The notes beneath the pieces were generated by a model. That model was not told the origin of the DNA. It did not search any database and saw only the letters and a program-made list of their open reading frames with translations. 22,810 nt of DNA, taken from positions 1 to 22,810 of the forward strand of contig JAYTHY010000111.1 in the NCBI GenBank assembly GCA_043732185.1. Direction: 5' to 3'. Positions 1 to 8,121 of the stretch are shown here, in pieces. Each line of letters opens with the position of its first letter. Positions within the stretch are counted from its first letter, which is position 1. Source of the DNA: Fibrobacteria bacterium. Lineage in GTDB: Bacteria; Fibrobacterota; Fibrobacteria; UBA11236. The translations under genes were made by a program, and so were the position numbers.

Positions 1-1
1 G

Positions 2-100
2 TTGGGGCTTTCCGTAAAAGTTGAATTCCCCGCCGCCCCAGAACCTGCTCCACCTCGCTGGATTCTTTTTACCGCTGCCGGAGCCGAGTTCACAATTTAA
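2..100 (+). CDS. Possible 3' end of a gene entering from the left edge (LGLSVKVEFPAAPEPAPPRWILFTAAGAEFTI*)
   Basis: Frame is open from the window edge to TAA at 98-100 and converges on the Fn3 gene, with hairpins in between. The fragment is too short to assign a family. Confidence 0.35.
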   Translation: MGLSVKVEFPAAPEPAPPRWILFTAAGAEFTI

Positions 101-131
101 AGTCCCCATTGCACTTTAAGCCCATTTGGGC

Positions 132-158
132 GGAACCCCGAGTCCTTCACGAGGTTCC
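132..158 (-). terminator. Stem-loop downstream of the Fn3 gene
   Basis: Minus strand reads GGAACCTCG-TGAAGGACT-CGGGGTTCC, a 9-bp stem with one G-U pair, 14 nt past the stop codon. There is no U-tract. Confidence 0.35.
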
Positions 159-172
159 AATTCCAGTCTGTA

Positions 173-2548
173 TTAAGGCAAGAATACTTTTTGGGTCTGT
201 CGGAAATCCCCCGCCGTCATGCTTAGGAAAACAATTCCACGATCATGGTTTTTTGCGCTAAGAGGCAATCGGTAAGTTCCCGCTTCCACCTTGCGGTTCA
301 GAATCTCAATCGAACGACCATTGGTTGGATTTATAAGGGTAATATGTACCTGGGCATTTGTTAAAACTGAAAACTCCAATTCCGAAGACTGTCCAAAAGC
401 CCGACCGCCTAGGACGGTAAAACCTTCGGATTTAATTGTGCGAAGCCGCTTGACGCCAACTACTGGCTTGGTTTTGAAACTTCGGATTTCCGAGTATGCC
501 CCCACTCCACCGACGTTCTTGGCCTGTACACGCCAGAAATAAACGGTTCCAGCCTGTAAGACAGTGATGGTCTTTGTGGTGTCGGCAAGGGTGCTGTCTT
601 CCATGACCAATGAGGAGAACGTTGCCGTTGTGGAAAGCTGCCAACGGTAACTAACGGCTGCGGCGACACTATTCCATTTTAGCGTGAGGCTACGTTCCTG
701 GTCCACGGCATTATCCAAAGGGAAAATCAAAATTGGGAACAATGGCGCTCCAATAATAACTGTAAATTTTCGTGATGGACTGTAGTCGCTTTTTCCTGCC
801 GTATTAACTGAACGGACATGCCAATAATAAAGGGTTCCGTTGGTCAAAGCAGCCATATTCACATTTGTGTCGCTAATGGTCGAGTCATTAACCACCGGAA
901 TGGTGAAGTCCGCATGGGTTGAAACTTGTAACTGGTAGGTTACGGCATTCAAAGCCGTTTTCCAAATTAAGGCTGGGGTTCTGGATACATTGACGGCGTT
1001 GTCGGCAGGGGTAACTAAAACAGGTTCGGAAGCGGCACCGGCCAGAGTGGTAAAACTACGTATTTCTGAATAGGCGCTGGTGCCGGCATCGTTTCTGGCA
1101 TTCACCCGCCAGTAATATATCTCTCCGTTTTTCAGCCCGGAAACTGCCTTGGTGGTATCTTTCAGAGTCGTATCATTAAAAGCTAATACGCCAAATGTAG
1201 GCGTTAATGAAACTTGTAGATGATACGTGACGGTGCGTGCGGTTGGGTTCCATTTAAAAACCGGGCTGGAAGATACAGCAGAGGCGGCGTCCTTTGGAGA
1301 TACCAAGATGGGGACGGAAGGAAGGATGAGAATAATAGTAGTGAATTTTCGGGACGGACTAAATGCGCTTGTTCCTGCAGCATTTTTTGCATTTACACGC
1401 CAGTAGTAGGCCGTTTTATTGTCAAGGGCGCTTACCAATCGGGTAGTATCTGTTATTGTGGAATCGTTCACGATTAAGGTGCCAGTAAATGCCGGATTGG
1501 TCGATACTTGGAGGCGATAGGTTACGGCCCGAGCGGTTTTCCGCCAGAACAAGCCTAGGTCAACGGGTTCATCGAGGACTAGGTCGGTGGGCTTTACCAA
1601 GATTGGGGCGGTCGCTATCTCCAAAGTCGAGAAATCCCAGGTACCGGAAAAGGCAGAGTTCCCGCCAGGGTTCTTGGAACGAACGCGCCAAAAATACTGA
1701 GTGCCGTATTTTAATTTTCCATAGGTTAGGGTGGTATCAGGATTGACAAAAGTGGTATCTAAAACCAAGGTGGCGAAAGTATTAACCAAGGAAATTTGCA
1801 AATTATAAGTGGTTGCCCGATTCGCTTTATGCCAGTTTAAAATTAAAGGTAATGGGTTTTGAACGGCTGCATCCAGAGGTCCAATTAGCGCGGGGACCGA
1901 GGGAAGTGCGGGCACAGTGTTGAAGCTCCAGCCTGCAGAGTAAGGGCCATCGCCACCAGCATTTTTGGCTGACACACGCCAAAAGAAAGGAGTAGAAACG
2001 GTCAAAGTGGCCGGAGTAAAAGTGGTATCGAGGATTCCAACTTGATCCAAAATCAAGGTACCAGTGAATGTGGCATTTGTGGAAATCTGAAGGTGATAAC
2101 TATCCGTTCCGGTTAATTTCCGCCATTTTAAAATGGGTTGGAGCGCTTGGTTGCTAGCCGCATTACCGGGCGTGCCTAAGGTAACAGCAACGGGAATAGC
2201 GACTATGGTGGTAAACGTGCGTGATAAGGTAAATGCACTCGCACCATCAGCGTTTCTGGCCAATACCCGCCAATGGTATACCGTACCATTCAATAATGGG
2301 CCCACGGCCTTATAGAGATCTGTTATTCCAGAAAGATCGATGATGGGATTCGTGAAATTTTTATTAACGGAAATCTGCAGTTGATAGGAGGTTGCTCCGG
2401 CTGATGCACCCCAAGATGCTGTAAAACTTATGGGCTGCAGCATGGCATCAGTAGAAGGGGATACAAGTACGGGAACTGCGGGTACAGCGGCTTGGGCTTT
2501 CCCCCAAAGGAATAAAGACAATGCTATTACGGAAAACAATTTCATCAT
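173..2548 (-). CDS. Secreted protein with seven tandem fibronectin type III-like repeats and a T9SS/FlgD-like C-terminal domain
   Basis: Signal peptide (MMKLFSVIALSLFLWGKAQA) and GAGGT RBS. Seven ~96-aa repeats of the form P-x-L-x-x-P...W...Y-x-LQ(I/V)S...(Y/F)-x-W(R/H)V-x-(A/S)-x-N-x-x-G...F-x-T. The ~95-aa tail ends ...GTYRL...GIVFLSM...QTQKVFLP. Confidence 0.85.
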   Translation of the reverse strand: MMKLFSVIALSLFLWGKAQAAVPAVPVLVSPSTDAMLQPISFTASWGASAGATSYQLQISVNKNFTNPIIDLSGITDLYKAVGPLLNGTVYHWRVLARNADGASAFTLSRTFTTIVAIPVAVTLGTPGNAASNQALQPILKWRKLTGTDSYHLQISTNATFTGTLILDQVGILDTTFTPATLTVSTPFFWRVSAKNAGGDGPYSAGWSFNTVPALPSVPALIGPLDAAVQNPLPLILNWHKANRATTYNLQISLVNTFATLVLDTTFVNPDTTLTYGKLKYGTQYFWRVRSKNPGGNSAFSGTWDFSTLEIATAPILVKPTDLVLDEPVDLGLFWRKTARAVTYRLQVSTNPAFTGTLIVNDSTITDTTRLVSALDNKTAYYWRVNAKNAAGTSAFSPSRKFTTIILILPSVPILVSPKDAASAVSSSPVFKWNPTARTVTYHLQVSLTPTFGVLAFNDTTLKDTTKAVSGLKNGEIYYWRVNARNDAGTSAYSEIRSFTTLAGAASEPVLVTPADNAVNVSRTPALIWKTALNAVTYQLQVSTHADFTIPVVNDSTISDTNVNMAALTNGTLYYWHVRSVNTAGKSDYSPSRKFTVIIGAPLFPILIFPLDNAVDQERSLTLKWNSVAAAVSYRWQLSTTATFSSLVMEDSTLADTTKTITVLQAGTVYFWRVQAKNVGGVGAYSEIRSFKTKPVVGVKRLRTIKSEGFTVLGGRAFGQSSELEFSVLTNAQVHITLINPTNGRSIEILNRKVEAGTYRLPLSAKNHDRGIVFLSMTAGDFRQTQKVFLP

Positions 2549-2933
2549 GTTTAAACCTCGAATCTGTTGGTTGTTCGGCTCTCAGTCATTTTAGACTTTG
2601 GAGTAAAGAATTGAACTGTATCGATGCCCTCATTGCATTTCCACCTTCCGTCACCAACCATACTGAGGAAAATTGCGGTGATCGAATTTTGGAATTCTTC
2701 TGGAGCATCGTCATGTTCAAGCTTCCCTCTGCTTTGGAAGCTACTTTCGTGACTTGCCCTTGTAAACACCACGCTTCGTGGTGACTACCCTTGAAATTTC
2801 GGATTTTAAAAGGAAATGGAAAAATATTTTTGCTGCTTTTACGTCTTTCGCGGGGGACGCGCCAAATTTAAAGGCCGATGAGCCAAAATAGAATTCTGGC
2901 CCCCTGCCACTTGGCGACAGCGAGAAATACCCG

Positions 2934-2969
2934 TTGCACATGCACCTTGTATTTTTGAATTGCACATGC
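2934..2969. repeat. Direct repeat TTGCACATGC x2 (26-bp period)
   Basis: Exact copies at 2934-2943 and 2960-2969 in the intergenic region upstream of the Fn3 gene. Function unknown. Confidence 0.5.
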
Positions 2970-3034
2970 CAGGATGGAAAGCGCTTTAATCAATGAATGC
3001 AAGCAGAACCAGGCAACTCCGCCGCTTTGGAGGA

Positions 3035-3604
3035 TTAAGTGTCCGCGGATCCTCTGGCCATGATAATCTTACCAGTGCGAACCATTTCCTTGATGCCATA
3101 CTTATCCAGCATCAATTCCATGGCGTCCAGCTTTTCTGTGCTGCCGGTAACTTGTAGCATCAGCGTCGATTCATTGAGATCCACGGTTTGACTTTTAAAA
3201 TGCTCGGCAACTTGAAGAATTTCCGTACGCTTATCGGGAGGACAGCTGACTTTAATGAGCGCCAATTCTTTTTCGACAGCCACTTCACCCGTATGGTCCT
3301 TGGCATGGATGACGTCGATCAATTTGTTCAAATGCTTGATGATTTGTTCAAGCGTCTTGCCTTCACCGGATGCCACGATATTCATACGGGCAAATTTTCC
3401 ATTATGCGCGGGTGAAACCACCAAGCTGTCGATATTGTAACCGCGCCTTGCAAAAACCAGGGAAATCCGGATTAGCACTCCCGGCTTATTGTTCACTAGC
3501 AGACTGATAGAGTGCTGATAGCCGCTGGTCTGGGTAGCCTTTACGGCCCGGCTTTCCATGACTCCAAGTTTTGCAGATATTCCATTTGCGCCATTGATGC
3601 TCAT
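3035..3604 (-). CDS. ilvN: Acetolactate synthase small (regulatory) subunit
   Basis: ACT domain SLLVNNKPGVLIRISLVFARRGYNIDSL, EQIIKHLNKLIDV, KELALIKV and C-terminal IKEMVRTG. Directly downstream of ilvB. Confidence 0.95.
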   Translation of the reverse strand: MSINGANGISAKLGVMESRAVKATQTSGYQHSISLLVNNKPGVLIRISLVFARRGYNIDSLVVSPAHNGKFARMNIVASGEGKTLEQIIKHLNKLIDVIHAKDHTGEVAVEKELALIKVSCPPDKRTEILQVAEHFKSQTVDLNESTLMLQVTGSTEKLDAMELMLDKYGIKEMVRTGKIIMARGSADT

Positions 3605-3660
3605 TTTAATTTCCTGCCCTTCTTTACTTCCAAGTTGAGTTGCGTTAAGTCCAATCAGAC

Positions 3661-5376
3661 TTAAGTGCTGCCCACAGGTTTAGCCATCTGCTTTTTAGGT
3701 GCTTCGAGCACCATTTCCGATATCGACGCACCGGCGGGTATCATCGGGAACACATTGTCCTCTTTTTCAACTTCCGCTTCGATAATGCAGGGTCCATCAT
3801 TGTAGGCCAGAGCCGCCGCCAGGGTTTTGCTCACATCTGCATTCCGTTTGATGCGGAATCCTTTCATGCCATACGCCTCCGCCAATTTTACGAAATTGGG
3901 GTTGCCTTCAAGGTCCACACCGGAAAGCCGATTGTCGAAAAACAGCGCCTGCCACTGGCGAACCATTCCTAAATATTTATTGTTGATGATAAGAATCTTG
4001 ATCGGGAGCTTGTGCAGAGCCGCGGTTGCCAATTCAGAAAGCGTCATCTGAAAGCCGCCGTCACCGACCACGGCGATAACCAGGGCATCGGGTCTAGCGA
4101 ACTGGGCGCCAATAGCAGCGGGCATTCCAAAACCCATGGTCCCCGCGCCACCAGAGGAAATCCAATGAAACCGAGTGTCCGTTTTGTAAAATTGCGCCGC
4201 CCACATTTGATGTTGACCTACGTCGGTTGTCACAACGGCCTTGCCCTTGGACAAACGGTAGACTTCATCCAGCACAAATTGAGCTTTGAGACCGCCCTGC
4301 TTTCCGTACTTGAGCGGAAATTGTTTGCGCCATTTTTTAGTTTGCACCAACCAGTCTTCCGTATCGCCTTTGCGAACCAGTGAAAGCAATTCTTCCAGCA
4401 CCAACCGTGCATCGCCAACAATAGAACAGTCGGGACGGATCATCTTGTTGATCTCGGCGGGATCAATGTCAACATGGATCTTGACCGCGGTTGGGCAGAA
4501 GGCTGCATACTTTCCGCAGATTCGATCGTCCCAACGCGAACCGATGGACATGATGAGATCGCAATCGACTACAGCCTTATTGGCATACGCCGTGCCGTGC
4601 ATGCCTAGCATACCCAGATTGAGTTCATGCGATTCCGGAAAGGCGCCCTTACCCAGCAGCGTATTGACCACCGGGATTTGCATTTTTTCGGCTAGCAGCT
4701 TTAGAGCGCGGCTTGCATCGGAAATTACCGCCCCATGGCCCACCAGCAAAAGTGGCCGTTTGGCTTTGAACAAGAGGTCCGCGCATTTTGCAATGGCTGT
4801 GCCATCACCGTGGGTGGGGATGGAGTATCCAGGCAAATCGATATCCACATTATAATTGGGTTCGAAAAGGGCGCTGGAAACATCTTTGGGAATATCGATG
4901 AGCACCGGGCCTGGACGTCCGGTTTCGGCTATATAAAAAGCTTCCTTGATGATGCGGGGAATATCATTGACGTTGCGAACCAGGTAGGAATGCTTAACTA
5001 CCGGGGCGGATATGCCCACAACATCCGCTTCTTGAAATGCATCCAGGCCAAGCATGCTCTGAATCGTCTGGCCGGTTATGACAATCATGGGAACAGAATC
5101 CATCATGGCAGTCATGATTCCAGTAATGGCATTGGTTGCCCCTGGACCAGAAGTGACGAGGACAACTCCGGCTTTACCTGTAGCCCGGGCAAGTCCGTCC
5201 GCCATATGCGTAGCGCCTTGTTCGTGCCGGGTGAGAATGAATTTAATCGGCGATTCCAACAAAGCGTCAAAAATGGGAATGGCGGCACCACCAGGATGCC
5301 CGAAAATGTATTCCACCCCATGCTGGTGAATGCTATGGATTAGGGCTTCCGCGCCTGTGCAGGTTTTAGATGCCAT
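3661..5376 (-). CDS. ilvB: Acetolactate synthase large (catalytic) subunit, biosynthetic type
   Basis: Motifs FGHPGGA, RHEQGA, TSGPGATN, LGMLGMHG, TDVGQHQMW, ThDP motif GDGGFQM...NN and GMVRQWQ. Start placed at ATG 5376, 8 nt from AAGGAG; the ORF track uses TTG 5382. Confidence 0.97.
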   Translation of the reverse strand: MASKTCTGAEALIHSIHQHGVEYIFGHPGGAAIPIFDALLESPIKFILTRHEQGATHMADGLARATGKAGVVLVTSGPGATNAITGIMTAMMDSVPMIVITGQTIQSMLGLDAFQEADVVGISAPVVKHSYLVRNVNDIPRIIKEAFYIAETGRPGPVLIDIPKDVSSALFEPNYNVDIDLPGYSIPTHGDGTAIAKCADLLFKAKRPLLLVGHGAVISDASRALKLLAEKMQIPVVNTLLGKGAFPESHELNLGMLGMHGTAYANKAVVDCDLIMSIGSRWDDRICGKYAAFCPTAVKIHVDIDPAEINKMIRPDCSIVGDARLVLEELLSLVRKGDTEDWLVQTKKWRKQFPLKYGKQGGLKAQFVLDEVYRLSKGKAVVTTDVGQHQMWAAQFYKTDTRFHWISSGGAGTMGFGMPAAIGAQFARPDALVIAVVGDGGFQMTLSELATAALHKLPIKILIINNKYLGMVRQWQALFFDNRLSGVDLEGNPNFVKLAEAYGMKGFRIKRNADVSKTLAAALAYNDGPCIIEAEVEKEDNVFPMIPAGASISEMVLEAPKKQMAKPVGST

Positions 5377-5610
5377 TTTCAATACTCCTTCTCAACATTT
5401 ATCTAACTATCTCTAAAAATAACCGCTATTTGATCTAAATACAAGCAATTTTAATACAACTTGTTCATTAAATGCCAATATTTAATAGACAAAATGTCAT
5501 ATTATGTCACGCATTGGCCTAAAAATCAAATTTTGAGATAAAATCTTAATAGTTAGTCGCATTAACTTCTGGCAATCGAACACATTTACGCCAAACAGCG
5601 TTTAAAAAAC

Positions 5611-5653
5611 TGTGATGGCCATCATAGATAGCCTTTTCTAATCCAGTTAGAAT
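5611..5653 (+). promoter_or_regulatory. Crp/Fnr-family-like site plus -10 box upstream of radC
   Basis: TGTGA-TGGCCA-TCATA at 5611-5626 matches 9/10 of TGTGA-N6-TCACA. TAGAAT lies at 5648-5653 and a GGAG RBS at 5671-5674. Confidence 0.55.
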
Positions 5654-5679
5654 AGACATTAAACAAAAACGGAGAAGTT

Positions 5680-6354
5680 ATGCCGGTTATCTGGAAAAAT
5701 TTGGCCCTTGAATCTCGCCCTAGAGAGAAGCTACAGCAATCTGGCCCAGAAAGCCTTTCAAATACGGAACTGCTGGCCATTGTACTTGGAAAGGGGCGCC
5801 CAGGGAAGGATGTATTGACCCTTGCTGCCGAAGTGGTGGAAAAATTAATGCACCTTGAAGAAGAATTGACTTTGGATGCCTTGCAAGCTATTGGAGGCAT
5901 CGGCCCCACCAAAGGCTGTCAAATCATGGCCAGCATCGAATTCTCCCGCCGCTTCTTACTTGTACGTAAAAAAGTTAAAATCCGTACACCCAAAGATGCC
6001 TTGCCAAGCCTGGCGGCATTAAGAACCGGAGCGCAAGAAAGCGTAGTGGTTCTGACATTAGACGGTAACAATCAAATCATCAAACGGCACTGCATTACCG
6101 TGGGCTTGGCCAATCAAAGCCACATTCATCCTAGAGAAACTTTTTTCCCTGCTATTCAAGACAGGGCGGTAAGCATTCTGGTCGCCCATAACCATCCATC
6201 CGGGAACTTGGAACCCTCAGAGGCAGACTTGGTGGCGACAAAAAGGTTGGTTGAAGTGAGCAAGACTATGGGTATTCCCTTGCTCGACCATTTAATCGTT
6301 TCGGAAAATGGGTTCGTGTCCCTGCGTGAAAAATATCCAGGATATTTCGTCTGA
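5680..6354 (+). CDS. radC: RadC family (UPF0758) JAB/MPN domain protein
   Basis: N-terminal RPREKL...G-x-E-x-LS-x-x-ELLAI-x-L, HhH-like GIGPTK, HPRE and intact JAMM motif HNHPSG-x-x-x-PS-x-x-D, then LLDHLIV. Confidence 0.93.
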   Translation: MPVIWKNLALESRPREKLQQSGPESLSNTELLAIVLGKGRPGKDVLTLAAEVVEKLMHLEEELTLDALQAIGGIGPTKGCQIMASIEFSRRFLLVRKKVKIRTPKDALPSLAALRTGAQESVVVLTLDGNNQIIKRHCITVGLANQSHIHPRETFFPAIQDRAVSILVAHNHPSGNLEPSEADLVATKRLVEVSKTMGIPLLDHLIVSENGFVSLREKYPGYFV

Positions 6355-6404
6355 AGCCAGACGACCGCACTTCACAGAGATCCATCCACCGAGCACCATC
6401 CACT

Positions 6405-7304
6405 CTACATCAGTTCCTGAATCCATTTTTCTATGTGCTCAGCAGGGTGGGCACCCACTTCAATGCGCTGAATGGTTCCCTTGCGGTCTATAAGGACCAT
6501 AGTTGGATACGCATATGCCTGGTATTTTTTGGTGGTTAGTTGACTGATATCATTGAAAAGAGAATAGCCATGTTGGCCCGAGGCTTGAAAGGCTGTCAGC
6601 TCGGAAAGATTCTCAGAGCTGATCCCGATAATGACCACGCCTTTAGACTGATATTTTTTCTGTAGCGCATCCAAAGTTGGGAGGGTGGAACGGCAGGGTC
6701 CGCACCAAGTTGCCCAAAAATCCAGCACCACTACTTTGCCTTTATTTTTGACCAGTGAGCCGATGTCACCGGAATAATACTTGCCTTCCAATTCCATGGC
6801 CTCAGAGCCCACCAGCATTTGGGTAATGGAGCGCATGTCTTCCGGCTTGGGTGATAAGGCCATTTTTTGCATCGAGACTTTTCCATCCCGTCCAATCCTT
6901 AATTCCACAACATCCCCTACACCCTTGGAATGAATGGTATCGAGAAGGGTTTTGCGGCCTTCCAGGGCTTGCTTATTAATGGACAGGATATAATCTCCCG
7001 CCTTAAGGCCTGCCTGATCCGCTGATGTGCCTTTAAACACTTGTTCGATCCTTACTGCCCCTTCCGCAGAAGGATGGGCAAAACCCGGTGGTATGGACGC
7101 TAATGGCGCGTCAGCAAAAGAGATACCTAGCCAAGCCTTGGGATTTGCCTTAGGAGAGGAATTCGATGCATGCGACAACGGCCCAGCATCTTTGAGGGGT
7201 GAGGTCCAGCTATCAAAAGTGCATAGCACCAGACCAAAACCCAACAACATTCCCGCACGCTGAAGTATCGAAGATCGTTCCTGCATTTTTGCTCCCAAAG
7301 GCAT
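6405..7304 (-). CDS. Exported PDZ domain + TlpA/ResA-like thioredoxin
   Basis: N-terminal hydrophobic segment. PDZ-like WLGI...VRIEQV-x-x-GTSADQAGLKAGDYILSIN. TlpA-like KGKVVVLDFWATWCGPC with cis-Pro motif AYPT. The start may instead be ATG 7286. Confidence 0.85.
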   Translation of the reverse strand: MPLGAKMQERSSILQRAGMLLGFGLVLCTFDSWTSPLKDAGPLSHASNSSPKANPKAWLGISFADAPLASIPPGFAHPSAEGAVRIEQVFKGTSADQAGLKAGDYILSINKQALEGRKTLLDTIHSKGVGDVVELRIGRDGKVSMQKMALSPKPEDMRSITQMLVGSEAMELEGKYYSGDIGSLVKNKGKVVVLDFWATWCGPCRSTLPTLDALQKKYQSKGVVIIGISSENLSELTAFQASGQHGYSLFNDISQLTTKKYQAYAYPTMVLIDRKGTIQRIEVGAHPAEHIEKWIQELM

Positions 7305-7370
7305 GGCGACGGTAATCTACCAAATTCAATGGGCACGAAACCCAAAAACACATTTCCTTGGCCCTACCGT

Positions 7371-7399
7371 TGGACAATATTTTCGCATAGATTTATACT
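7371..7399 (+). promoter_or_regulatory. Sigma70-type promoter for the 7451 gene
   Basis: TGGACA (7371-7376), 17-bp spacer, TATACT (7394-7399). Each hexamer matches consensus at 5/6. Confidence 0.5.
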
Positions 7400-7450
7400 A
7401 GGCTCAGAATCTAAACGTCTAGAACGAACTTTCGAAGGGAATGGTGGCAA

Positions 7451-7873
7451 ATGGGTAAAGTGGTGCTCAATCTGGTTTCGCGCGATGACGAACTGTCTCA
7501 TGTACAAGCCTTAGCCAATAGCCCCTCTTTTTCTGCGGTAACCAGTTTCCGGTGTGAGAACAAGGTCCTGCTGGAGTTTGGGCAAAAACTTAAGGGCTTT
7601 CCCAAATCTACCCAGGAAAGAGTGGAGTATGTCATCGGCGCCGGAAAGGGCAAGGCCGAGTTCAATTTCAAAACGGTAGGTGGCACGACGCAGTGCGAGG
7701 TTTGGGTCCGACTAAACGGATTGGAAGATGACCAAGGAAAAATTGCGGAGGCGCACTTCCCCATCGATTACTTGGAGCCGGATTCCATCTCTGCCTTTTC
7801 TTCCGACCTTATCAAGATGGCCAAAGGCACATGCCAACTTGCCGAGCTCAAAAACCGTTTCGAAAAAAAATAA
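7451..7873 (+). CDS. Hypothetical protein, 140 aa
   Basis: Fills the gap between called genes, has a candidate promoter and a globular-looking composition. No family recognised with confidence. Confidence 0.7.
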   Translation: MGKVVLNLVSRDDELSHVQALANSPSFSAVTSFRCENKVLLEFGQKLKGFPKSTQERVEYVIGAGKGKAEFNFKTVGGTTQCEVWVRLNGLEDDQGKIAEAHFPIDYLEPDSISAFSSDLIKMAKGTCQLAELKNRFEKK

Positions 7874-7957
7874 TCCATTTTTTCCTGGGTTAGGTTATAA
7901 TTTTGCATAGCCAATTCATGGCTTAACACGGCTGATGCCACACTCAAAGGAGAGAAT

Positions 7958-8059
7958 ATGTCTAAAGAACGCAATGCTCAGAAAGCCGCCAAAAAAGCGC
8001 CGGCAAAGACCATGAAAGAGAAGAAAGATGCGAAGCGAGCCAAGAAGGCCGCTAAGTAG
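7958..8059 (+). CDS. Small Lys/Ala-rich basic protein, 33 aa (MSKERNAQKAAKKAPAKTMKEKKDAKRAKKAAK)
   Basis: Strong RBS AAGGAGA 5 nt before the ATG, TATAAT at 7896-7901, and a hairpin just after the TAG. Below the ORF track's length cutoff. Confidence 0.8.
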   Translation: MSKERNAQKAAKKAPAKTMKEKKDAKRAKKAAK

Positions 8060-8074
8060 TCCATCGCTTACCAA

Positions 8075-8096
8075 GCGGCTACCCTAAAGTAGCCGC
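8075..8096. terminator. Hairpin between convergent genes
   Basis: Perfect 8-bp stem GCGGCTAC-CCTAAA-GTAGCCGC, extendable by flanking ACCA/TGGT, between stops at 8059 (+) and 8122 (-). U-tracts are weak. Confidence 0.6.
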
Positions 8097-8121
8097 ACTG
8101 GTTTAGCTACACAGAACGAGT

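Noticed and set aside
2521..2965. Short ORFs in the Fn3-ilvN gap (2521-2784 +, 2551-2772 -, 2741-2965 -)
   Set aside because: They overlap one another and have no convincing RBS or protein motifs. A small gene cannot be fully excluded.
4012..5343. Long plus-strand ORFs (4012-4383, 4286-4855, 4735-5343)
   Set aside because: They are antisense shadows of ilvB with no recognisable motifs. The same applies to the other short ORFs overlapping called genes.
5602..5625. MMAITVF minigene (minus strand) as an ilv attenuator leader
   Set aside because: It has no run of Ile/Leu/Val codons, no clear RBS and no GC-rich terminator before ilvB. It also overlaps the Crp-like palindrome.
5680..6354. radC as a marker of a mobile element
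   Set aside because: It is the full-length chromosomal form with the N-terminal domain. No integrase, att repeats or other mobile genes are nearby.
7892..7907. Sigma54 promoter (GG-N10-GC) upstream of the small basic ORF
   Set aside because: The -24 element AGGTTA is far from TGGCAC, and the embedded TATAAT is the simpler explanation.
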